Shown here: one piece after another, positions 42,121 to 51,190 of the stretch
Position numbering within the stretch: the stretch's first letter is position 1
Layout: each line of letters opens with the position of its first letter
Assembly (NCBI GenBank): GCA_963776355.1
Contig: CAVZLU010000008.1
Location: 1,870,151-1,934,150 of the forward strand
Source: an uncultured Chloroflexia bacterium
Lineage (GTDB): Bacteria > Chloroflexota > Limnocylindria > Limnocylindrales > CSP1-4
Direction of reading: 5' to 3'
DNA: 64,000 nucleotides
The notes under the pieces: model-generated
Databases searched by the model: none
Seen by the model: only the letters and a program-made list of their open reading frames with translations
What the model was told of the DNA's origin: nothing
Position numbers and translations under genes: made by a program

Positions 42121-42866
42121 ATCATCGCCAGGCCGCCGTCGATCCCGAGCACCTGGCCCGTGATGTAGGCGGCCTCGTCGGAGGCGAGGAAGGCCACGGC
42201 GAAGGCGATCTCGTCCGGGGTGGCGAAACGGCCGAGCGGCGTGGCGGCCTTGATCGCGTCCTTGACCGTGTCCGACAGCCCCTCGGTCAGCTCGGTGAGG
42301 ACGAACCCCGGGGCGACGGCGTTGACCGTGATCCCGCGCGAGGCGACCTCGCGGGCGAGCGCCTTCGTCAGCCCGATCAGGCCGGCCTTCGAGGCCGAGT
42401 AGTTGGCCTGGCCCGCGTTGCCCATCTGGCCCGACACGCTCGACATGTTCACGATCCGCCCGGACCGCTGCCGAAGCATCGGGCGCAGCACCGCCCGGGC
42501 CATGTAGAAGGCGCCCGTGAGGTTCACGTTGAGCACGTCGGCCCAGGCCTGGTCGCTCATCCGCATCGCCAGGTCGTCGCGGGTGATGCCGGCGTTGTTG
42601 ACGAGGATGTCGATCCGGCCGAACTCCTTCAGCGTCTCCTCGACGGTCGCGGCGCACGACGCCGGGTCCGTGACGTCGCCACCCACGCAGACCGAGCGGC
42701 GGCCCATCGCCTCCACGTCGCCCTTCGTGTGGTCGTCGATCAGGCAGGCGGCACGGTCGATGAAGGCGACGTCGGCGCCCTGCCGGCCGAGCTGGAGCGC
42801 CACGGCCCGGCCGATGCCGCGCGAACCGCCGGTCACGATGGCGACCTTGCCGCTGAGATCGATCAT
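42117..42866 (-). CDS. fabG: 3-oxoacyl-[acyl-carrier-protein] reductase
   Basis: ATG 42866 is preceded by AAGGAGG (ATGA overlap with the fabH stop). KVAIVTGGSRGIGRAVA, NNAGITRD, SSVSGQMGNAGQANYSASKAG, ITVNAVAPGF. Confidence 0.92.
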   Translation of the reverse strand: MIDLSGKVAIVTGGSRGIGRAVALQLGRQGADVAFIDRAACLIDDHTKGDVEAMGRRSVCVGGDVTDPASCAATVEETLKEFGRIDILVNNAGITRDDLAMRMSDQAWADVLNVNLTGAFYMARAVLRPMLRQRSGRIVNMSSVSGQMGNAGQANYSASKAGLIGLTKALAREVASRGITVNAVAPGFVLTELTEGLSDTVKDAIKAATPLGRFATPDEIAFAVAFLASDEAAYITGQVLGIDGGLAMM

Positions 42867-44071
42867 GCGGGAACCTCCTTGCGGGCGGGCTCGGGTTCGC
42901 CCGGGACGACGTCGTCGAGGGGGACGTCCACCGGCCCCGGCGCGGCCAGCACGGCGGCCAGCTGGGGCGGGATCGGGTCGACCGAATCCCAGTCGACCGG
43001 GAGCCGGACCTTGATGGCGTCGGGGTCGATGCTCGCGGCGCGGGCCCCGTTGGCCGGGTCGACCGACCACTCGAAGGCCACGGCGCCCGAGGTGAAGCCG
43101 GCCCCGAACGCGACCAGGACCACGTTGTCACCGACGTTGATGCGACCGCTGTCGACGGCCTCCGCGAGGGCGAGCGGGACCGACGCCGCCGACGTGTTCC
43201 CGTAGCGGTCGAGGTTCACGAAGATCCGCTCCAGCGGGAAGTCGAGGCCCTTGGCCACGGCCTCGATGATCCGGATGTTGGCCTGGTGGGGGATCAGGAG
43301 GTCCACGTCGTCGGGGTCGAGCCCGGCCCGCCGCATGGCCGCCAGCGCCGACGAGGCGAGCGTCTTGGTGGCGAAGCGGTAGGTCTCCTTCCCCTCCATC
43401 CGGATGTGGTGCTCGCCGCGGGCCACGGTCTCCGCCGACGGCGGGCTCTTCGATCCGCCGGCCGGGAGCCAGATCATGTAGGCACCCTGCGGTTCCGTGG
43501 TCAGCTCGATCCCGTGGGGGCCGGTCGGCTCGGCGGAGGTCGAGACGACCACGGCCCCGGCGCCGTCGCCGAACAGGATGCACGTCCCCCGGTCGGTGTA
43601 GTCGAGGAATCGGGTCAGGAGCTCGGCCCCGATCACGAGCACGTGGCGGGCCATGCCCGAGGTCACGTACGCATGGGCAGTGGCGTAGGCGTAGACGAAG
43701 CCGGAGCAGGCCGCGGACACGTCCATGGCCGCGGCCCGGGTGTTGCCGATCGCCTCCTTGACGAGGGCCGCCGTGGAGGGCATCCAGTAGTCCGGCGTGA
43801 GCGTCGCCACGAGGATCAGGTCGATCTCGTCCGGGTCGAGGCCGGCCACGGCGATCGCCCGGGCGCCCGCGACGGCGGCCATCGAGGCGGTCGTCTCGTG
43901 GGCCGCCGCGACCCGACGCTCGCGGATCCCGGTGCGGCTCACGATCCACTCGTCGGACGTGTCGACGATCCGCTCCAGGTCGGCATTGGTCAGGACGGCG
44001 CTCGGGGCGTAGCTGCCCCAGCCGCTGATGCGGGCGAAGCTGCCCGCGGGGGCGCGCGACGGGAGGGTCAC
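42863..44071 (-). CDS. fabH: 3-oxoacyl-[acyl-carrier-protein] synthase III with ~65-aa Pro/Asp-rich C-terminal extension
   Basis: GTGA overlap with the accB stop. TSDEWIVSRTGIRERR, DVSAACSGFVYA (active-site Cys), LIPHQANIRII, YGNTSAASVPLAL. An extra tail follows AFEW. Confidence 0.92.
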   Translation of the reverse strand: MTLPSRAPAGSFARISGWGSYAPSAVLTNADLERIVDTSDEWIVSRTGIRERRVAAAHETTASMAAVAGARAIAVAGLDPDEIDLILVATLTPDYWMPSTAALVKEAIGNTRAAAMDVSAACSGFVYAYATAHAYVTSGMARHVLVIGAELLTRFLDYTDRGTCILFGDGAGAVVVSTSAEPTGPHGIELTTEPQGAYMIWLPAGGSKSPPSAETVARGEHHIRMEGKETYRFATKTLASSALAAMRRAGLDPDDVDLLIPHQANIRIIEAVAKGLDFPLERIFVNLDRYGNTSAASVPLALAEAVDSGRINVGDNVVLVAFGAGFTSGAVAFEWSVDPANGARAASIDPDAIKVRLPVDWDSVDPIPPQLAAVLAAPGPVDVPLDDVVPGEPEPARKEVPA

Positions 44072-44715
44072 AGGGGCTCCACCTCGATGAGCGGGTGCTT
44101 CGCCTTGACCAGGCTGCCGTTCTCGGGCACCACCCGGACCACCCGGCCGGCCTTGTCCGACTTGATCTCGTTGAACAGCTTCATGGCCTCGATGAGGCCG
44201 ATCACCTGGCCCACGACCACCTCGCGACCAGCCTCCACGAACGGCGGCGTGCCGGGGCTCGGCGAGGAGTAGAAGATGCCGGTCAGCGGGGCGAGGACCG
44301 AGGCCCGGCCGGTTGACGCCGGGCCCCCGTCCGGGGCGGCCCCGGCCGGAAGCGCCTCGAGCGCCGGCCGGCCGGCGGTGAGCGCCTCGGCTCCCCCCGC
44401 GGGGGCGAGGGCGGCCACCTTGCGCAGGACGATGCCCGTGCCGCCGGCCTCCACCTCGAGCTCGGTGAGGTCGCTGCGCTCGAGGAGGATGGCCAGGCGG
44501 TCGATGAGGGCCAGGAGGGACGCGTCGCCCGGCGGGAGGGCGGCCGGGCGTGCGCCGGGATCCGGCGGGAGGGCGGCCGGGCGATCGCCGGGATCCGGCG
44601 GCATGGGGGCGGCCGCGCGATCGACAGGGGTGGGCGCCACTGGGGCGGGCGTCACGAGGGCCGGCGGCCCGGGAGCCGGTTGATCGACCGGGCGTGGATC
44701 CATGTCGCCCGTCAT
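44068..44715 (-). CDS. accB: acetyl-CoA carboxylase biotin carboxyl carrier protein (canonical, biotinyl-Lys present)
   Basis: ATG 44715 overlaps the fabF stop (ATGA). Pro/Ala-rich linker. GQVIGLIEAMKLFNEIKSDKAGRV has the EAMK biotinylation motif. Confidence 0.9.
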   Translation of the reverse strand: MTGDMDPRPVDQPAPGPPALVTPAPVAPTPVDRAAAPMPPDPGDRPAALPPDPGARPAALPPGDASLLALIDRLAILLERSDLTELEVEAGGTGIVLRKVAALAPAGGAEALTAGRPALEALPAGAAPDGGPASTGRASVLAPLTGIFYSSPSPGTPPFVEAGREVVVGQVIGLIEAMKLFNEIKSDKAGRVVRVVPENGSLVKAKHPLIEVEPL

Positions 44716-45986
44716 CCGTCCCACCGCGTGAAGACGAGCGCGCTGTTCTGGCCGCCGAAGCCGAAGGAGCTGCTGACCGCCACCCGGATCGGGCGGTGGC
44801 GCGCCGTGTTCGGCGTCAGGTCGAGCCCGGCCGCGGCCTCGTCGGGATCCGACAGGTTGATCGTGGGCGGGATGACCTCGTCCCGGATGCTGAGCACGGT
44901 GACGGCGGCCTCGATCGATCCCGCCGCCCCGAGCGAGTGGCCGAGCATGCTCTTGTTCGCGGACACGCTGACCTCGCCGGCGCGCTCTCCGAAGAGCCGC
45001 CGGATCATGTCCAGCTCGGTCCGGTCGCCCTCCGGGGTGGACGTGGCATGGGCATTCACGTGCTCCACGTCGTCGATCGTCAGCCCGGCCTTCTCCAGGG
45101 CGCGCCGGATGGCCCGGATGGCGCCGACGCCGCCGGGCGCGGGCAGCGTGATGTGGCTGGCGTCGGCCGACGCCCCATACCCGACCAGCTCGGCCAGCGG
45201 CACGGCCCCGCGGGCCCGGGCGTGGTCGAGCGCCTCGATGATCAGCACACCGGCACCCTCGCCGATGACGAAGCCGTCACGGCCCCGATCGAAGGGGCGC
45301 GAGGCGCCTGCCGGGTCGTCGTTCCGGGTGGACAGGGCGCGCATGGCGGCGAAGCCGCCCACGAGCACCTCGTGGACCGCGGACTCCGACGAGCCGGCGA
45401 CCATGACCTCGGCATCGCCGCGACGGATCATCTCCCAGGCCTCGCCGATGACGTGGCCACCGGTCGCGCAGGCCGAGGACAGGGCGAAGTTCGGGCCGAG
45501 GGCTCCGAACATGATCGCCGCCTGGCCGGCGGCCAGGTTCGGGATCGCCATGGGGATGAAGAAGGGGCTGATCCGATCGGGGCCCTTCTGCAGGGAGACC
45601 GCGACCTGCTCGGCGAAGGTGATCCCGCCGCCGAGACCGGTGCCGAGCACGATCCCGGTCCGCAGCGCCAGCTCTCCCTCCAGGTGCTCCGGCAGGCCAG
45701 CGGCCGACATCGCCTGGCGGGTGGCGACCAGCGCCAGCTGCGTGTAGCGGTCGTTGCGGCGCTGCTCCTTGCGGTCGAGCACGACCGACGGGTCGAAGCC
45801 CGGGACCTCCGCGGCGATCCGGGAGGCGACCCGCGAGGCATCGAAGGCCGTGATCGGCCGGATGCCCGAACGGCCGGCCACCAGGCCGTCCCAGGTGGAG
45901 GCCACGTCCGGGCCGAGCGCGGTCACCAGCCCGAGCCCGGTCACGACCACGCGCGGGCGATGGTCCGGGGCACGGCGCTCCCCCAC
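44712..45986 (-). CDS. fabF: 3-oxoacyl-[acyl-carrier-protein] synthase II
   Basis: GTG 45986 is preceded by GGAGAGGA. VVVTGLGLVT, ALSSACATGGH (Cys), NAHATSTPEGD (His), NKSMLGHSLGAAG (His), SFGFGGQNSALV. An alternative GTG at 46040 overlaps the upstream stop. Confidence 0.92.
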   Translation of the reverse strand: MGERRAPDHRPRVVVTGLGLVTALGPDVASTWDGLVAGRSGIRPITAFDASRVASRIAAEVPGFDPSVVLDRKEQRRNDRYTQLALVATRQAMSAAGLPEHLEGELALRTGIVLGTGLGGGITFAEQVAVSLQKGPDRISPFFIPMAIPNLAAGQAAIMFGALGPNFALSSACATGGHVIGEAWEMIRRGDAEVMVAGSSESAVHEVLVGGFAAMRALSTRNDDPAGASRPFDRGRDGFVIGEGAGVLIIEALDHARARGAVPLAELVGYGASADASHITLPAPGGVGAIRAIRRALEKAGLTIDDVEHVNAHATSTPEGDRTELDMIRRLFGERAGEVSVSANKSMLGHSLGAAGSIEAAVTVLSIRDEVIPPTINLSDPDEAAAGLDLTPNTARHRPIRVAVSSSFGFGGQNSALVFTRWDG

Positions 45987-46036
45987 GGGACGGTTCCTCT
46001 CCGTCGGGCGCCCGTCCGCCGCTGCACGGCCCTCCG

Positions 46037-46783
46037 TCACCGGACCAGCTTCCCGGTGCGGATCGTGGCCCCCCGGTAGACGTCGCCCGGAAGGCCCCGC
46101 CCGGCGACCGAGTCGGCCGCGGCCAGGGCGTCGAACTCGGTCCGCTTGATCTCGGCGGTCACCGTCCCGTCGACGATGTCGATGAGCGCCCACGACGCGG
46201 TCGGGTCGCCGTCGAAGACGTAGCCGGCGCTGCCGTCGTTGACGATCATCTTCCAGCCGAAGTCGCGCACCTCGGGCACGTGGGTGTGCCCGCAGCAGAT
46301 GACGCGGGCGTCGGTCCGGCCGAGGCGGTCCATGAAGACGCTCTCGTCGAGGCCGCGGTCGAAGCCCGCCGTCTGCGATCCGGGCGAGGCATGGGTGACC
46401 AGGACGAGGGTCCCGTCGTCGGCCCGGGCGCGGCGCTCGGCGGGCAGGCGGCGCAGCCAGTCGACCCGCTCCGGGCCGAGCGCCTCGTGGGCCCACGTCG
46501 CCGCCGCCTTGAACGACTCGGGCACGCCCTCGCCGAACCACGGAAACGCGGCCCCGTAGTCGAAGTCCGCCACCGCGATGTCCGTGTTCCCCTGCACCAC
46601 GAGGGCGCCCGCCGCCTCCAGCTCGCGGATGCGGTCGACGGCCCCGGCCGGGTCCCCGCCGTTGAAGACGAGGTCGCCGGCCACCGCCACGATGTCCGGG
46701 GCGGCCGCGGCCACGGCCGCTCGCACGGCGTCGAGCGCCTGGACCACGCCGTGCACGTCGGAGAAGAGCGCGATTCGCGTCAT
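46037..46783 (-). CDS. calcineurin-like metallophosphoesterase
   Basis: ATG 46783 overlaps the fabZ stop (TGATG). IALFSDVHG, VAGDLVFNG, VQGNTD, VTHASP, CCGHTHVPE. Confidence 0.85.
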   Translation of the reverse strand: MTRIALFSDVHGVVQALDAVRAAVAAAAPDIVAVAGDLVFNGGDPAGAVDRIRELEAAGALVVQGNTDIAVADFDYGAAFPWFGEGVPESFKAAATWAHEALGPERVDWLRRLPAERRARADDGTLVLVTHASPGSQTAGFDRGLDESVFMDRLGRTDARVICCGHTHVPEVRDFGWKMIVNDGSAGYVFDGDPTASWALIDIVDGTVTAEIKRTEFDALAAADSVAGRGLPGDVYRGATIRTGKLVR

Positions 46784-47238
46784 CAGCGCAGCACCGAGGC
46801 GTCGGGGATGACGAAGGAGAGCGTCGCCTCGCAGCAGACCTCGCCGTCGACGCTGGCCACGCCCAACCCGCGCCCGAAGCGCCGCCCGAGCTTGTCCATG
46901 GTCACCTCGAGACGCATGACGTCGCCGGGCTTCACGACCCGCTTGAACCGGCAGGCGTCGATGCCGGCGAAGAGGCCCACCCGGTCGCCGAAGCCCTCCT
47001 GCTTGGCCACGAACACCGCCATCGTCTGGGCGAGCGCCTCCACCTGGATGACGCCCGGCACCACGGGCAGGCCCGGGAAGTGGCCGGCGAAGAACCACTC
47101 GGTGGCGGTGATGGCCTTGACCCCGACGATGCGGCGGGCCTCCGCGTCGTACTCGTCGATGCGGTCCACGAGGAGGAACGGCCAGCGGTGCGGGATCAGG
47201 CCTTCGATCTCGCGGGCGGTGTGGATCGGCTCGGACAC
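46783..47238 (-). CDS. fabZ: 3-hydroxyacyl-[acyl-carrier-protein] dehydratase
   Basis: GTG start with GGGAG upstream. LIPHRWPFLLVDRI, FFAGHFPGLPVVPGVIQVEALAQ. Confidence 0.92.
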   Translation of the reverse strand: MSEPIHTAREIEGLIPHRWPFLLVDRIDEYDAEARRIVGVKAITATEWFFAGHFPGLPVVPGVIQVEALAQTMAVFVAKQEGFGDRVGLFAGIDACRFKRVVKPGDVMRLEVTMDKLGRRFGRGLGVASVDGEVCCEATLSFVIPDASVLR

Positions 47239-47323
47239 GGCAGGGCTCCCGGTTCGTGGAGGTCAGTGTCGCCCGGCGCGGGGGCGCCGAGCGGGTAGAT
47301 GGGTGCAGGAGTGCACGGGTCGC

Positions 47324-48688
47324 TCAGCCCCGCCCCGCGAGGAACGCGGCCCCGCCGACGCGGTCGACGAGGTTGGTCGTCACCCGTCCCTCCACGAACG
47401 CCGGGTTGTCGACCATCGCCCGGTGGAAGGCGCGGTTCGTGATGATCCCGTCGATGACCAGCTCGTCGAGGGCGGCCCGCCCGCGGGCGATGGCGGCCGG
47501 CCGGTCGGGGCCCCACACGATCAGCTTGCCCAGGAGCGAGTCGTAGTAGGGCGGGACCTCGTAGCCGGCGTACAGGTGCGAGTCCATTCGCACCCCCGGC
47601 CCGCCCGGGGCGTAGAAGCGCGACACCCGGCCCGCCTGGGGACGGAAGTCGTGGGCGGCGTCCTCGGCGTTGATCCGGAACTCGATCGCATGGCCCCGGA
47701 ACGTGACGTCAGCCTGGCTGAACCCCAGGGGCTCGCCGGCCGCGATTCGCAGCTGCTCGGCCACGAGGTCGATGCCGGTGACGAGCTCGGTCACCGGGTG
47801 CTCCACCTGGATGCGGCAGTTGATCTCGATGAAGTAGAAGCTGCCGTCGCGATCGACCAGGAACTCCAGCGTCCCCAGATTCTCGTAGCCGGCGGCGACG
47901 ACCGCCCGGATCGCCCGGTCCGCGAGCTCGGCCCGGGAGCCCTCCGGGAGGGCAGGTGACGGGGCCTCCTCGATGAGCTTCTGGTGACGCCGCTGGACCG
48001 AGCAGTCGCGCTCGCCCAGGTGGACGCCGTGCCCGTAGCGGTCGACCACCACCTGCACCTCGACGTGGCGGTTGTCCTCCAGCCACTTCTCCAGGTACAG
48101 GGAGTCGTCGCCGAAGGCGGCCCGGGCCTCGGAGCGGCAGACTCGGAGCGCCGCCTGCAGCTCTCGCGGGGTGCGAACCATGCGCATCCCCTTGCCGCCG
48201 CCGCCCGCGGACGGCTTGACCAGGACCGGGTACCCGACCCGCTCGGCCTCCGCCAGGGCCTGCTCATCGTCGCCGAGCATGCCGTCGGACCCGGGGATCG
48301 TGGGCAGGCCGTGGGATCCGAGCAGGCGCCGGGTCCCCTCCTTGGAGGCGAACCGCTCCAGGACCTCGGCCGAGGGCCCGACGAACGTGATGCCGTGCGC
48401 CGCCACCGCCTCGGCGAAGCCGGCATCCTCGGAGAGGAAGCCGTACCCCGGGTGGATCGCGTCGCAGCCGGTCACGATCGCCGACGAGATGATGGCCGCC
48501 GCCGAGAGGTAGCTCCGCCTGGCGTCGGCCGGCCCGATGCAGATCGCCTCATCGGCCAGCTGCGCCGCCAGCGAGTCGCGATCCGCCTCGCTGTAGGCGA
48601 GCACGGCACCGATCCCGAGCGTCCGGCAGGCGCGCAGGATGCGGAGGGCGATCTCGCCGCGGTTGGCGATGAGGACGCGCTCGAACAT
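47324..48688 (-). CDS. accC: acetyl-CoA carboxylase biotin carboxylase subunit
   Basis: MFERVLIANRGEIALRILRAC..., GYPVLVKPSAGGGGKGMR, EINCRIQVEHPVTE. ATG 48688 overlaps the upstream stop (TGATG). Confidence 0.95.
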   Translation of the reverse strand: MFERVLIANRGEIALRILRACRTLGIGAVLAYSEADRDSLAAQLADEAICIGPADARRSYLSAAAIISSAIVTGCDAIHPGYGFLSEDAGFAEAVAAHGITFVGPSAEVLERFASKEGTRRLLGSHGLPTIPGSDGMLGDDEQALAEAERVGYPVLVKPSAGGGGKGMRMVRTPRELQAALRVCRSEARAAFGDDSLYLEKWLEDNRHVEVQVVVDRYGHGVHLGERDCSVQRRHQKLIEEAPSPALPEGSRAELADRAIRAVVAAGYENLGTLEFLVDRDGSFYFIEINCRIQVEHPVTELVTGIDLVAEQLRIAAGEPLGFSQADVTFRGHAIEFRINAEDAAHDFRPQAGRVSRFYAPGGPGVRMDSHLYAGYEVPPYYDSLLGKLIVWGPDRPAAIARGRAALDELVIDGIITNRAFHRAMVDNPAFVEGRVTTNLVDRVGGAAFLAGRG

Positions 48689-49287
48689 CAACCGGGCTCC
48701 GGACGGGCGGCGGCCGGTGGCGCCAGGAGCTCGACCTCCACGACATCCTGGCCATACTCCACGGGGTCGCCCGGCCCGACGAGGGTGGCGCCGACGATGC
48801 CGTCGGTCGGGGCGACCACCTCGTACGGCACGCCCAGCACATCGATCGTGCCCACGCGGTCACCGGCGCGGACCCGGGCACCGGCGACCAGGTCGCCGCG
48901 CGGCCGGAAGAAGCCGACCGCGGGCGAGGTCGCGATCGCGCGGGTCGGAGCGGGTTCGGGATCGGCTGTCTCGCCGGTTGCCGGGGTGGCGGCGGTTCCC
49001 GGGCCGACGGCGACCCCGCCCACGTGGCTCCCGGCCGACGCGTGGAGCTCGGCGCGTCCGGCGGGGCGACCGGCGGCGCCCGCCCGGCGGACCGCCCGGG
49101 CATCACCCGGCATGCGCAGGCGCACGCTCCAGGCATCCTCCCGGACCTGGAGCTCGCCGAGGCCGCTCGCCCCCAGCTTGGCGACGAGGGCGGGCAGCAG
49201 GTCGTCCGCGAGGCGGTCGATCTCGCCGTGGTCGGCGCGCCGCTCCTCGGGGCTGCGCCGCGGCGCGTCGCCGTCGTGGATCGGCAC
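48688..49287 (-). CDS. BCCP-like protein lacking the biotinyl-lysine (biotin/lipoyl-attachment-domain paralogue)
   Basis: GTG 49287 with GAGGAGG upstream. N-terminal IDRLADDLLPALVAKLGASGLGELQVREDAWSVRLRMP parallels accB. The C-terminal hairpin reads GDRVGTIDVLGVPYEVVAPTDGIVGATLVGPGDPVEYGQDVVEVE: DVLG occupies the EAMK position and there is no Lys. Confidence 0.8.
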   Translation of the reverse strand: MPIHDGDAPRRSPEERRADHGEIDRLADDLLPALVAKLGASGLGELQVREDAWSVRLRMPGDARAVRRAGAAGRPAGRAELHASAGSHVGGVAVGPGTAATPATGETADPEPAPTRAIATSPAVGFFRPRGDLVAGARVRAGDRVGTIDVLGVPYEVVAPTDGIVGATLVGPGDPVEYGQDVVEVELLAPPAAARPEPG

Positions 49288-49290
49288 CGG

Positions 49291-50334
49291 TCAGACCTCC
49301 TCTCGTGCGGGCGGCTCGTCGCGGCCCTCGCGTCCCTCGCGCGACCCGATTCCCTCGAGGGCCTTGCCCACCGGCTCGAAGGCACGTCGCAGCCGGTCGG
49401 CGAGACTCGGACGCCCGGCAGCCTCCGGGACCTCGGGCTGGCCGAGGTCGTCGAAGGCCCCGAACGCCCGGTAGCGGCGAGTGCGGGCGGCCACGAGATC
49501 CTCGACCGGCAGGGCGGCGAGGCGGTCGAGCTGCTCGATGATCGTCGCCCTCAGGCGGCTCGCCGTCTCGGCCGGGTCGGCGTGGGCCCCCTCGCCCGGT
49601 TCGGGCACGAGGAGGTCGATGACCCCGAGCTCGAGCTGGTCGGAAGCGGACATCTTCATGGCGAGCGCGGCGTCGGCGGCCTTCTCGGACGTCCGCCACA
49701 GGATCGCAGCGCAGCCTTCGGGACTGATCACGGAGTAGACCGCGTTCTCCAGGGCCACCACGATGTCGCCGGCGGCGATGGCGAGGGCACCCCCCGACCC
49801 CCCCTCCCCGGTGATCAGGGTGACGATCGGCACCCGGATCCGGCACATGACCATGATCGCGTTCGCGATGGCGTCGGCGACGCCGCGCTCCTCGGCCTCG
49901 GCGCCCGGATAGGCCCCCGGGGTGTCGACGAAGGTCACGACGGGAATGCGGAAGCGATCGGCCATCTCGAACAGGCGAATCGCCTTGCGGAAGCCCTCCG
50001 GCTTCGCCATCCCGAAGTTGCGCCGGATGTTCTCGTCGGTGTCGGCGCCCTTCTGGTGGCCGACGACCACGACCCGCCGACCGTCGATCCGGGCGAGGCC
50101 GCCGACGATCGCCCCGTCATCGCCGTACAGCCGGTCGCCGTGGAGCTCGACGAAGCTGTCGGCCACCCCCGCCACGAGCTGCAGCGTGTGGGGCCGGCGG
50201 GCATTGCGGGCGAGCAGGACACGGGCCCACACCGCCTCGCGGGGGTCGAGGGGCGCCTCGCGGGGGTCGGCGGGCGCCTCGGGCGCGGCGCCGGCCTCCC
50301 GCTCCTTCGCCCGTCCGAGCAGGCGGTCAACCAT
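49291..50334 (-). CDS. accA: acetyl-CoA carboxylase carboxyltransferase subunit alpha
   Basis: ATG 50334 (8-nt overlap with the accD end). GGLARIDGRRVVVVGHQKG, RNFGMAKPEGFRKAIRL, VVTFVDTPGAYPG, ITGEGGSGGALA. Confidence 0.93.
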   Translation of the reverse strand: MVDRLLGRAKEREAGAAPEAPADPREAPLDPREAVWARVLLARNARRPHTLQLVAGVADSFVELHGDRLYGDDGAIVGGLARIDGRRVVVVGHQKGADTDENIRRNFGMAKPEGFRKAIRLFEMADRFRIPVVTFVDTPGAYPGAEAEERGVADAIANAIMVMCRIRVPIVTLITGEGGSGGALAIAAGDIVVALENAVYSVISPEGCAAILWRTSEKAADAALAMKMSASDQLELGVIDLLVPEPGEGAHADPAETASRLRATIIEQLDRLAALPVEDLVAARTRRYRAFGAFDDLGQPEVPEAAGRPSLADRLRRAFEPVGKALEGIGSREGREGRDEPPAREEV

Positions 50335-51190
50335 AGCGCACGCTCTCCGGGGACCCATCCGCGGCCGGTGGGCCGAGCACGTCGAGGATCGCGATCAGCT
50401 CGTCCCGAAGGTCGGCCCGGGCGGCGATCCGGTCAACGAACCCGTGCTCGAAGAGGAATTCCGCCCGCTGGAAGCCCGGCGGCAGCTCCTCGGCGATGGT
50501 CCCCGCGGACACGCGCGCCCCGGCGAAGCCGATGAGCGCATTGGGCTCGGCAACGTTGACGTCGCCGAGGGCGGCGAACGAGGCGAACACGCCGCCCGTC
50601 GTCGGGTCGGCGAGCACCGACACGTAGGGCAGGCCCGCGGCCCGCAGCGCGCCGAGGGCGGCGATCGTCTTGACCAGCTGCATCAGGGCCAGGGTCCCCT
50701 CCTGCATCCGGGCCCCGCCCGAGGCGCTCACCACGACGAGGGGGATTGCTTCCGCCAGGGCTCCTTCGGCAGCTCGTGTCACCTTCTCCCCGACCACGGA
50801 GCCCATGGAGCCGCCCATGAACGTGAAGTCCAGGGCGCAGATCGCGATGGGCCGCCCGCCGATCGCCCCGAAGCCCCACATCGCCGCATCCCGGCGGCCG
50901 GTCGCCGTCTGGGCCGCGACGAGGCGGTCGGCGTACGCCTTGCTGTCCACGAAGCCGAGGGGATCGCGCGAGACGAGCCCGGCGTCCCGCTCGTGGAACG
51001 TGCCCGGGTCGAGGACCTGCGCCAGGCGGGCCGGAGCCGAGATCCGGAAGTGGTGTCCGCACGTCGGGCAGACGCGGAGCGCCTTCTCGAGGTGCTTGTT
51101 GAACAGCATCTCCGAGCAGCCGGGGCACTGGGTCCACAGGTCGGGCGGGTAGCTCTCGCGGCGGGGCCGGAAGGGCAGCGTGATCGGCAT
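50327..51190 (-). CDS. accD: acetyl-CoA carboxylase carboxyltransferase subunit beta (Zn-ribbon type)
   Basis: ATG 51190. CPGCSEMLFNKHLEKALRVCPTCGHHFRI (Cys4), FTFMGGSMGSVVGEK, SASGGARMQEG. Confidence 0.93.
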   Translation of the reverse strand: MPITLPFRPRRESYPPDLWTQCPGCSEMLFNKHLEKALRVCPTCGHHFRISAPARLAQVLDPGTFHERDAGLVSRDPLGFVDSKAYADRLVAAQTATGRRDAAMWGFGAIGGRPIAICALDFTFMGGSMGSVVGEKVTRAAEGALAEAIPLVVVSASGGARMQEGTLALMQLVKTIAALGALRAAGLPYVSVLADPTTGGVFASFAALGDVNVAEPNALIGFAGARVSAGTIAEELPPGFQRAEFLFEHGFVDRIAARADLRDELIAILDVLGPPAADGSPESVRYG

